A stretch of 61,756 bases of DNA, the filler included. It is 4 parts of 4 records of this genome, joined end to end, with 100 filler letters (N's around TTAATTAATTAA, not from the genome) between each part and the next. Parts side by side here need not be neighbours in the genome. Positions count along the whole stretch, not along the records: positions 52,307 to 61,756 come from SRR31156797_241; 3 more parts are not named here. One strand, written 5' to 3'. Positions 53,800 through 61,756 of the stretch are shown here, one piece after another. Every line of letters starts with the position of its first letter. The first letter of the stretch is position 1. Made by a program: the position numbers and the translations under genes. The notes below the pieces were generated by a model. It was not told where the DNA came from. It worked only from the letters and a program-made list of their open reading frames with translations, and ran no database searches.

Positions 53800-55251
53800 T
53801 TGAATCTATTTATATTCATGACGGATCAGCAGAGAGGGGATAGTATACTGCCGGGAGTGAAGGCGCTTACACCCCATCTGGATAGATTCAACAAGGAAGC
53901 GGTCCTCTTCACATCCGCTTTTACAACCGCGCCCCACTGCTGTCCCAGCAGGGCCAGCTTCTTCAGCGGCGAACATCCGGCGCAGCACAATGTCTGGAAC
54001 AATGTGAACGTCAGCAACGCCCTTTCCAGGGAGCCCGCGGCGGGGACCCGATTCTTCTCCCATGAATTGAGCGACGCCGGATACGACTGCCGTTTCTACG
54101 GCAAATGGCATATCAGCGATTTCGAAGGCCCCGGGGCATGGGGATTCGCCCATGACCGGGCCAGAGACGGTGAGATCGGCTTTCCCGTCTGGCGGGGGAG
54201 GGAGGGGCTGCCCGAGGCCTATGAGTGGAAAATGCACTACGGGGACGCTCCCCGGAAGAATCCCCCGGAAAGGGGGAAGAGCATCCGGCGTCCCGGTTAT
54301 CCCGATTTTCTGATCTACGGCCCCGACGAGGATCCCTTCTATGACAGATCGGTGGTGGATGAGGTGATCGCCGATCTGGAAGAACAGCCGGAGAACAGGC
54401 CCTGGTGCTACTATGCGGGCACCCTGGGTCCCCACGATCCCTACATCGTCCCCAAACACTTCCTGGAGCTCTATCCGGCGGAGGATATGGAACTTCCCCC
54501 CAGCTTCTCCGACAGGATGGAGGACAAGCCGGGGCTCTACAGACGGACCCGGGACCGCTTTGACAAGATGAGCGAAGAGGAGCACAAAGAGTGCCTCCGC
54601 CACTACCTGGCCTTCTGCTCCTATGAGGACTACCTCTTCGGCCTCTGCCTGGAGGCCCTGGAGAAGAAGGGCGCCCTGGAGGATACGATGATCATCTACA
54701 CCTCCGACCACGGCGACTATACGGGAGACCACGGCCTGTGGAGCAAGGGACTGCCCCATTTCAGCGGCGCCTACAACATCCCCCTGAGCATCCGTATTCC
54801 CGGAGGGACGGCCGGGCAGGTGGACGAGCTCGTCTCCATTACCGACTGCGCCCCCACCATACTGGATATGGCCGGTATCGGAGCGGACGGTTTCAAGACC
54901 ACCGGCCGCAGTCTCCGCCCCTGGCTGGAGGGGAAGAGCCCGGATACGCGGAGGGAGTACCACTTCACCCAGACCAACGGGAACGAGCTTTACGGCATCC
55001 AGCGCGCCGTGCACTGCAAGCGGTGGAAACTGGTCTACAACGGGTTTGACTATGACGAGCTGTATGACCTTGAGAAGGATCCCGAGCAGCTGGTGAATCT
55101 GGCCGGCCGCCCGGAGTACGAGGACATTACGAGAGAGCTGTACAGGGCGCTCTGGACCTTCGCCGAAGAGACGGGGGACAAGTGCATCAATCCCTATATA
55201 GCCACAGGACTGGCACAGTACGGCCCCGGTATCATCCGGGAGACCGTTTAA
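53800..55251 (+). CDS. Cys-type sulfatase (formylglycine-dependent)
   Basis: TDQQR, CCPSRAS..SG (CxPxR), GKWH, PHDPY, TSDHG, ELYDL..DP; no signal peptide; AGGAG RBS before TTG. Confidence 0.93.
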   Translation: MNLFIFMTDQQRGDSILPGVKALTPHLDRFNKEAVLFTSAFTTAPHCCPSRASFFSGEHPAQHNVWNNVNVSNALSREPAAGTRFFSHELSDAGYDCRFYGKWHISDFEGPGAWGFAHDRARDGEIGFPVWRGREGLPEAYEWKMHYGDAPRKNPPERGKSIRRPGYPDFLIYGPDEDPFYDRSVVDEVIADLEEQPENRPWCYYAGTLGPHDPYIVPKHFLELYPAEDMELPPSFSDRMEDKPGLYRRTRDRFDKMSEEEHKECLRHYLAFCSYEDYLFGLCLEALEKKGALEDTMIIYTSDHGDYTGDHGLWSKGLPHFSGAYNIPLSIRIPGGTAGQVDELVSITDCAPTILDMAGIGADGFKTTGRSLRPWLEGKSPDTRREYHFTQTNGNELYGIQRAVHCKRWKLVYNGFDYDELYDLEKDPEQLVNLAGRPEYEDITRELYRALWTFAEETGDKCINPYIATGLAQYGPGIIRETV

Positions 55252-55271
55252 TTATGAGAGGAGGAATCACT

Positions 55272-56546
55272 ATGTTTAAAAGAGCGCTGATCGTCGTCAT
55301 CGCGGCCGGACTCGCCCTGTCGGGTTGTCAGAAAAAAGGAGCCGACCCGGCTGCGCCGTCGGCCCCGGACAAGGCCGAGCCGAAGACTGTCACCTTTTCC
55401 ACCTGGGGAGTGGTCGAATCCCCGCTGCAGGTCTACTTCGACTATGTGAAAGAGAACTTCGAGGCCGAGAATCCCGGCATCATGATCGAATGGGTCGGCA
55501 TCCCCTACAACAACATGAAGCAGCAGACCCTGATCCTGGGAGCCGCCGGGGATCTGCCCGACGGAAACCAGAGCGCCCGCCCCTGGTACAACTCCTACGC
55601 CCCCACAGGCTACTTCGCCGATGCGACGGCGGTTATGGGCGACGCCTATATGAACGATCTCCTTCCCGGGCTGAAGGAGGAGCTGGTATACAACGGCGGC
55701 ATCTACGCCGTTCCCTGGAAAGTCTGTTCCTTCACCATGGCCTGGAACAAGGAGCTCTTCGAGAAGGCCGGGCTGGATCCCGAAACCCCTCCCTCCACGT
55801 ATGAACAGATAATGGAGTACTCTGCCGAGCTCTCCAAGCTCAAGGACGCCGACGGGAACCAGGTCTTCGGCTTCTCCCACCCCGGTTCGTCCAATACCGC
55901 CTCGGGCGATTATATTCTGAGTCAGATCTGGTCATTCGGCGGCGATCCCTGGGACGCCTCCACAAGGGATAAGATCGTAAGCGCCTTCGACTATCTCAAG
56001 ACCATGCACGACAAAGACTTCACCCCGGGCGTTCAGGACTTCAAGGATAACAGAAACATGTTCGCCCTGGGGCGTCTGGCCATGTATTACGACCATATCT
56101 GGGGCGTGGGCAACGCCTGGAAGCTGGATCCCGGGATCAAGTCCAAGACCGGTCTGACGGGGCCCGTAGGCTCGGACAGCGGCGTCGCCTCCAGTACCAT
56201 GGAAGGCCATCTTATCCTGATCAACGAAGACAGTGAGAACAAGGCGGAGACGGCCAGGCTGATCGAGTTTATGACAGGTGCCGATTCCATGAAGGTCTAC
56301 CGGGATATCCAGCCCTTCTATCTGGTCCGCCAGGCCCAGCTGGACGCCACCCCCGAGTATCAAAACGATCCCATGCTGGCCAAGGTCGCCAACTGGTCCG
56401 ATTCCATCAGGCCTCTTCCCGTACGGGACGAGACCGAGCAGGTGGTCATGGAGCTGACCTCCCTCTATCAGGGAGTGCTGACCGATGTCGTGAGCCCCGA
56501 TCAGGCAGCCGACTCCATACTGAAACTCGTGAAAGAGATCTGGTAG
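55272..56546 (+). CDS. carbohydrate ABC substrate-binding lipoprotein (CUT1)
   Basis: LSGC lipobox; FEAENPGI, GIYAVP, WNKELFEKAGLDP; GGAGG RBS. Confidence 0.92.
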   Translation: MFKRALIVVIAAGLALSGCQKKGADPAAPSAPDKAEPKTVTFSTWGVVESPLQVYFDYVKENFEAENPGIMIEWVGIPYNNMKQQTLILGAAGDLPDGNQSARPWYNSYAPTGYFADATAVMGDAYMNDLLPGLKEELVYNGGIYAVPWKVCSFTMAWNKELFEKAGLDPETPPSTYEQIMEYSAELSKLKDADGNQVFGFSHPGSSNTASGDYILSQIWSFGGDPWDASTRDKIVSAFDYLKTMHDKDFTPGVQDFKDNRNMFALGRLAMYYDHIWGVGNAWKLDPGIKSKTGLTGPVGSDSGVASSTMEGHLILINEDSENKAETARLIEFMTGADSMKVYRDIQPFYLVRQAQLDATPEYQNDPMLAKVANWSDSIRPLPVRDETEQVVMELTSLYQGVLTDVVSPDQAADSILKLVKEIW

Positions 56547-56628
56547 ACTGTTCATGAGATCAATGGCTCTTAAGGGCCGGTCCTCCGGGGCCGGTCCCCT
56601 TCAAAAGGATGTCCAAAAGGATGGCGTT

Positions 56629-57534
56629 ATGGGAAGGCTCGGCAAGGGTATGCACTACAGAACAAAGGACAAGGCCTTCGGACTGGCCCTGCTGCTGCCG
56701 GCGGTGGTCCTGGTCGGTTACTTCGTCTTCCTGAGCGTTCTGGACTCGGTGGCCATGAGCTTTCAGGATTTCAAACTGGGAAAGCAGGTGGTCAGCAGCT
56801 GGAACGGCTTCGCCCACTACAAGGTCATGTTCGCCCGGGGCGGCAAGTTCTGGCACTCCCTGAACGTCACCTTTCAATTCGTTCTGTTTACGGTGTCCGA
56901 GCTGGTGATCGTAGGGCTCCTTCTGTCCATCTACTTTCAGAACATCAAAAGGTTCGCCCGGCTCTGGCGGAGCCTGATCCTTCTCTCCTGGGGGATCCCC
57001 GTTGTGATAGTCGGTCTGATCTGGAACTGGATGTTCCACTCCAACTACGGGCTGATCAACTTCCTGTTCGGCTCCCTGGGGATGATAGACAAGCCTGCGG
57101 ACTGGATCATGAACGCCCATACGGCCCTGCATACGGTGGTCGTCGCGGCCCTCTGGCGGCAGCTGCCCTTTGTCTTTTTGCTTCTGGTGGCGGGCATACA
57201 GGGCATCCCGGCCGATGTGTATGAGGCCGGGGCCATAGACGGCGTGAACCCTTTGCAGAGGATCTTCCATATAACCCTGCCTTATCTGCGGAATGTCCTC
57301 AGAGGGTGTATCCTGATCTCCATCATCACCAACTTCAAGCTCTTCCCTCTGTTCTGGACCATGACGGGAGGGGGACCCGCCAACCTGACCGAGACCCTGG
57401 CGGTTCTGACCTATAAGAACGCCTTCGTCAATATGAATTTCGGCGCCGGTGCGGCGGTATCCACGGGATGGCTGGTGACCCTGGTGGCCTTTTCCATCGC
57501 CTATGACAGGTTCTTTCCCGATGCGGACTATTAA
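56629..57534 (+). CDS. carbohydrate ABC permease (start uncertain)
   Basis: YEAGAIDG EAA loop, HITLP, TGGGP. Confidence 0.92.
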   Translation: MGRLGKGMHYRTKDKAFGLALLLPAVVLVGYFVFLSVLDSVAMSFQDFKLGKQVVSSWNGFAHYKVMFARGGKFWHSLNVTFQFVLFTVSELVIVGLLLSIYFQNIKRFARLWRSLILLSWGIPVVIVGLIWNWMFHSNYGLINFLFGSLGMIDKPADWIMNAHTALHTVVVAALWRQLPFVFLLLVAGIQGIPADVYEAGAIDGVNPLQRIFHITLPYLRNVLRGCILISIITNFKLFPLFWTMTGGGPANLTETLAVLTYKNAFVNMNFGAGAAVSTGWLVTLVAFSIAYDRFFPDADY

Positions 57535-57606
57535 GGCCCCCGGGCCCCATCCGGGAACATCATCGGGGCGCCGCAGGAGCCCCGGCAGTACCAAAAGGAG
57601 CAAAAC

Positions 57607-58449
57607 GTGACGCATAAACAGAAAAGCACTGCCAACTATCTGATCTTCGCTCCCCTGATCATCCTGACGCTAAGCTTCTTCCTTCTGCCTATCTACTGGA
57701 TGACCGTGACCTCTTTCAAACCCAACCTGGAGATCTTCCGCTATCCCCCGACCTGGGTGCCCGAAGCCTTCACGGCGGAGCATTACAGGGAGGTCTTCGA
57801 GACGGCGGCGCTGCTCAAGTACTTCTGGAACAACATCGTCGTATCCCTGGGGGTGACCGGACTGAGCATGGTGATCTCCGCCATGGCGGGCTATTCCCTC
57901 TCCCGGTTCCGCTCCGCCGCGGGCAAGGCGGTGCATACGGGGCTGCTCTCCACCCAGATGTTTCCGGTGGTGGGGATACTGCTCTCCCTCTATCTCTCCT
58001 TCCGGGCCCTCCATCTGCTGAACACGAGGCTGGCCCTGATCCTGGCGATCTCGGCTATGGCCGTACCCTATTCCACGACCCTGATCAAGAGCTTCTTCGA
58101 CTCCATTCCCTTCTCCCTGGACGAGTCGGCAAGGATCGAGGGCTGCTCCCGCCTGGGCGTGCTGGGACGGATCATCCTGCCCCTGGCCAAGCCGGGGCTG
58201 CTCTCCATAGGCTTGTTCGCCTTTATGCAGGGATGGGACGACTTCACCTTCGCCGTCACCCTGATCACAAAGGATACGGTCAGAACCCTCTCCAGCGGCA
58301 TCACCATGAGATTTCTGGGGGAGACCAGCTTCGATATGGGGCTGGTCAGCGCCGTCTCCATGATGGGCTCACTGCCCATGTTCCTGCTGATCGTCTTCTT
58401 CCAGCGCTTCCTAGTGAAGAATCTGACCGCCGGAGCGGTAAAGGGCTAA
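57607..58449 (+). CDS. carbohydrate ABC permease
   Basis: LDESARIEG EAA loop, FQR...LTAGAVKG; AAGGAG RBS. Confidence 0.93.
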   Translation: MTHKQKSTANYLIFAPLIILTLSFFLLPIYWMTVTSFKPNLEIFRYPPTWVPEAFTAEHYREVFETAALLKYFWNNIVVSLGVTGLSMVISAMAGYSLSRFRSAAGKAVHTGLLSTQMFPVVGILLSLYLSFRALHLLNTRLALILAISAMAVPYSTTLIKSFFDSIPFSLDESARIEGCSRLGVLGRIILPLAKPGLLSIGLFAFMQGWDDFTFAVTLITKDTVRTLSSGITMRFLGETSFDMGLVSAVSMMGSLPMFLLIVFFQRFLVKNLTAGAVKG

Positions 58450-58495
58450 AGGGCCCCGCATTCAGCTGCCGCCGGGTACGGCAAAGGAGTCACAC

Positions 58496-59890
58496 TTGAG
58501 AAAGCAGCCCCATATCGTCTTCTTCTTCACCGATCAGCAGCGCTGGGATACCTGCGGCTGTTACGGCCAGGAGGCTCCCGTCACGCCCCATCTGGACGCC
58601 ATGGCGTCGGAGGGAGTGGTCTTTGAGAACAACTTCAGCTGCCAGCCCGTCTGCGGTCCGGCGAGAAGCGCCCTGCAGACCGGGCTCTATCCCACCGAAA
58701 CAGGCTGCTACAGGAACGATATCAACCTGCCCGTCAACCGGGAGACCATCGCCCATCGCTTCGGCAGGGCGGGCTACGAGACCGCCTATATCGGCAAGTG
58801 GCATCTGGCTTCCGACAGCGGACGGGGCATCGACTATAAGACGAGCCCGGTCCCCGAGAAGTACAGAGGCGGCTGGAAGGATCACTGGATCGCCAGCGAT
58901 GTGCTGGAGTTCACCTCCCATGGTTACGGCGGTTACATGTTCGACGGGGAGGGAAATAAAAAAGAGTTCGGCCCGGAGGTCTACAGGGTGGACGCCCATA
59001 CCGACTGGGCCCTGGACTATCTGCGGAACCGGAAGGACCGGGAGAGACCGTTTTTTCTCTTCCTCTCCTATATCGAACCCCATCATCAGAACGACAGGAA
59101 GCGTTTCGAGGGTCCCGACGGAAGCAAAGAGGCCTGGGCGGATGTCCCGGTTCCGGGAGACATGGAAGGCCGGGAGGGGGACTGGCCCGAGAACTGGGCC
59201 GACTACCTGGGCTGCTGCCACTCCCTGGACGGGGCCCTGGGGCGGATCAGGGAGGAGCTGAAGAGGCAGGGGCTGGAGGATGATACGGTCGTCGTCTTTA
59301 CCAGCGATCACGGTTGTCACTTCCGCACCCGCAACGGGGAGTACAAAAGGACCTGCCACGAGTCCTCCATCCGCACGCCCCTGGTTATCGCCGGTCCCGG
59401 CTTCAGGGGAGGGCGCCGGGTAAAGGCTCTCAGCTCTCTGATCGATCTGCCTCCCACCCTTCTGGAATGCGCCTCGATCCCCGTCCCCGGAGAGATGAGC
59501 GGCAGGGCCCTGAACGCCCTGGGAGCCGGAGAGGCGGTCGCGCACCACCCGGACGTTTTCCTGCAGATCAGCGAGAACCATATCGGCCGGGCCCTGCGGA
59601 CGGAGAGATGGAAGTACGAGGTCTGGGTGCCCCAGAGGCTGAAAACCGTCGGCTGGGAGGGGCCGGGCAACATAGCCTGGGACGAAGCGGGCAGTATGGT
59701 GTATCATGAGTTTTGCCTGTATGATCTGGATATAGACCCCCTGGAACAGAACAACCTGGTCTGGGACGGGGAGTATGATGAAATCAAGCGAAACCTGGCG
59801 GAACGGCTGAAGGCCTGGATGGTGCGGGTAGGAGAGGGGGAGCCGGAGATCCGGCCTCCCGCAAAAGAGTATGAGCAAGATTACTATTGA
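58496..59890 (+). CDS. Cys-type sulfatase (formylglycine-dependent)
   Basis: PHIVFFFTDQQR, CGPARS..TG, GKWHL, EPHH, TSDHG, LYDL..DP; no signal peptide. Confidence 0.94.
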   Translation: MRKQPHIVFFFTDQQRWDTCGCYGQEAPVTPHLDAMASEGVVFENNFSCQPVCGPARSALQTGLYPTETGCYRNDINLPVNRETIAHRFGRAGYETAYIGKWHLASDSGRGIDYKTSPVPEKYRGGWKDHWIASDVLEFTSHGYGGYMFDGEGNKKEFGPEVYRVDAHTDWALDYLRNRKDRERPFFLFLSYIEPHHQNDRKRFEGPDGSKEAWADVPVPGDMEGREGDWPENWADYLGCCHSLDGALGRIREELKRQGLEDDTVVVFTSDHGCHFRTRNGEYKRTCHESSIRTPLVIAGPGFRGGRRVKALSSLIDLPPTLLECASIPVPGEMSGRALNALGAGEAVAHHPDVFLQISENHIGRALRTERWKYEVWVPQRLKTVGWEGPGNIAWDEAGSMVYHEFCLYDLDIDPLEQNNLVWDGEYDEIKRNLAERLKAWMVRVGEGEPEIRPPAKEYEQDYY

Positions 59891-60899
59891 CGACCTGGCC
59901 CGGGAGTGCGGCCTTTCCACGGCTACGGTCTCCCGGGTCATCAACGATAATCCTCCCTACAGCGCCAAGGCGGCGGAGAAGGTCAACGCGGCCTCGCGCA
60001 AGCTGGGCTACATCCCCTCCCTGATGGCCCGGTCCATGGCGTCGGGACGCAGCCGGAACGCGGGACTGGTCGTCCCCCAGCAGGGGAATCCCTACTTCAC
60101 CACCCTTATCCGTCACCTGGAGACAGAGCTCTCGGCTGGGGATATCTTTTTGAACATCACCTATACCCACAGCGATTTCGAGGTGGAGAAGCGCAATATA
60201 AGGCGTATCCTCAGCTGGAACCTCGGCGCATTGATCATTAGCGACGGCCACAGAGAGGGATTCGAAAGCGGATACTACAGGGAGCTTTCCAAGACGGTTC
60301 CCCTGGTCTTCATATCCGGCCGGGACCGGGGGCCGGACGCCCCCTTTATCTTCGCGGGGGCCGACATAGGCATGGGCCTCCGCAAAGCCCTGGATTTCCT
60401 CGCCTTCCAGAGGCATGAACGGGTCGCCCTGATCGTAGGGGATTACGAGGGCTCCAACCACTACAAGCGGATGATGTTCCACCGGCACGGAGAGGAAAAG
60501 GGCATGCGCTGCACCGAGCTCCTGCTGGGGTTCTACAACGACGCCCGCTGCCTGGAGGAGCTTCAGACGAAACTGCCCGGACTCCTGTCGGGAGAAGACG
60601 CCCCCAGCGCCCTGATCGCGGGGAACGAGATCATCGCCCTCTCCCTGCTGCGCCTGTGCACGACCTCGGGCATCCGCATCCCCGAGGATCTGTCTCTGAT
60701 CACCTTTGACAATACCGTTTTCTCCCAGATCAGCGTGCCCTCTATCAGCTGCATAGACCTGAGGATGGGGGACGTCTCGCGGCGGGTGGCCGAAGAGGTC
60801 AGGTCGGTGATCCTGGACGGGCGGGACGAAGCACGGCGCTCCACCCTGGAGACGGAGCTGATTATCCGGGAATCCACCCGGACCTACAGGGACGAATAA
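59871..60899 (+). CDS. LacI family transcriptional regulator
   Basis: TIDDLARECGLSTATVSRVIN HTH; IPEDLSLITFD; LIIREST. Confidence 0.93.
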   Translation: MSKITIDDLARECGLSTATVSRVINDNPPYSAKAAEKVNAASRKLGYIPSLMARSMASGRSRNAGLVVPQQGNPYFTTLIRHLETELSAGDIFLNITYTHSDFEVEKRNIRRILSWNLGALIISDGHREGFESGYYRELSKTVPLVFISGRDRGPDAPFIFAGADIGMGLRKALDFLAFQRHERVALIVGDYEGSNHYKRMMFHRHGEEKGMRCTELLLGFYNDARCLEELQTKLPGLLSGEDAPSALIAGNEIIALSLLRLCTTSGIRIPEDLSLITFDNTVFSQISVPSISCIDLRMGDVSRRVAEEVRSVILDGRDEARRSTLETELIIRESTRTYRDE

Positions 60900-60996
60900 G
60901 CTTCCGGTGTAGGGCCGCACTCCCCTGTTGAGAATCAGAGAGCAGGACGAAAAAGAAAATACTGACTTAATCACCTGGATGAAATATAATGTGAGT

Positions 60997-61347
60997 ATGG
61001 ATAAGATGTTGATTGACAACTATCTGGTAGAGCTGGTCGAGAAGATCAAGACTCATAATCCCCTGGAAATCATCCTGTTCGGCTCTCTGGCCAAAAGTAC
61101 TTATACTTCTGAAAGCGATATAGACTTGTTGATCATACTGGATCTGGACCGTATTCCAGAATCCTATGAAGAAAAAATGCAGTACCGCTCGGCAATTCGA
61201 AAATCCATTAGGGAAATCAACAAGAGAGTTGCAATAGACCTTCTTGTGTTTACCAGGAAAGAGATTGAGATTATGAAGGATGAGAAAAGCGCCTTTTGGG
61301 AAGAGATAGATAAAACGGGAAAAGTCATGTATGAAAAGGCGAGTTGA
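60997..61347 (+). CDS. minimal nucleotidyltransferase (MNT antitoxin; start uncertain)
   Basis: IILFGS.A......SDIDLLII, IDLLVFT, GKVMYE; overlaps the HEPN gene. Confidence 0.88.
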   Translation: MDKMLIDNYLVELVEKIKTHNPLEIILFGSLAKSTYTSESDIDLLIILDLDRIPESYEEKMQYRSAIRKSIREINKRVAIDLLVFTRKEIEIMKDEKSAFWEEIDKTGKVMYEKAS

Positions 61348-61669
61348 GGAATGGTTGAGGTTTTCCAGAATCGATCTTGAATCTACAGAGAAACTTCTTG
61401 AATCGGAATCCCTGACCCAGTCTGCAGCTTTTCATTGTCAGCAGAGTATCGAAATGTCTTTTAAGGCATTGATTGAAGAGAAAGAGAATAAGATTCCAAG
61501 ACTACATGACCTGATTCGGTTATACGGCATAATCAATGAATATGGAATCAATATGAACATAGATGAGGATCTGTTATCCGATATCAACGATGTCTATACG
61601 GAAACAAGGTATCCTTCTGACCTTGGCTTGATTCCCAATGGCATTCCTTCTCAATTTATGCCCCCTTAA
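61331..61669 (+). CDS. HEPN domain protein (possibly C-terminally truncated)
   Basis: EEWL, AAFHCQQSIE.SFKA, PRLHDL, Y...RYP. Confidence 0.85.
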   Translation: MKRRVEEWLRFSRIDLESTEKLLESESLTQSAAFHCQQSIEMSFKALIEEKENKIPRLHDLIRLYGIINEYGINMNIDEDLLSDINDVYTETRYPSDLGLIPNGIPSQFMPP

Positions 61670-61756
61670 TCAGGGCTTTACTCTTTCTATTCATCAATTG
61701 CTATGTTACCAGTTTTTTTGATAGGAGTCAGATGCTATAATATCCGGGATCATGGA

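Noticed and set aside
53806-61019. Long antisense ORFs (402, 351, 484 and 411 aa) across the sulfatase cluster
   Set aside because: They mirror GC-rich sense genes and show no domain motifs.

Overview
This window is not one locus. It is four contigs joined by 100-nt spacers (N44-TTAATTAATTAA-N44), and gene content and composition point to at least three lineages (taxonomy is inference only). Contig 1 (1-16820, Desulfovibrionaceae-like) carries an iron locus: a ferrosome (fez)-like cluster with a P1B ATPase, an HMA-like protein and four small Gly-rich membrane proteins, plus fur, a GGDEF protein, feoA, feoB, a small secreted protein and a DUF4198 protein. It continues with serB, an orphan histidine kinase, a CI/S24 repressor and panB. 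Contig 2 (16921-32393, spirochaete-like) has a DUF4143 AAA ATPase behind a perfect 21-bp inverted repeat and a sigma54-driven dehydrogenase + monosaccharide ABC operon. Divergent from that operon are an NtrC-type regulator and a histidine kinase whose sensor region is a degenerate sugar-ABC ATPase domain, which is the best candidate for an undescribed system. A LacI/ABC/URO-D-family cluster ends this contig. Contig 3 (32494-52206, Bacteroidota-like) has lolA, ftsK, arcC-argF, M23, YfhO-like, SUI1, MATE and YfcC-like genes, an operon with a free-standing archaeal-type ThrRS editing domain, and a gingipain-like C25 protease. Contig 4 (52307-61756, spirochaete-like) is a two-sulfatase/ABC/LacI cluster bracketed by Xre-RES and MNT-HEPN toxin-antitoxin pairs. 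No rRNA, tRNA, CRISPR array or transposase was recognised. All product calls come from reading motifs by eye, not from database searches.
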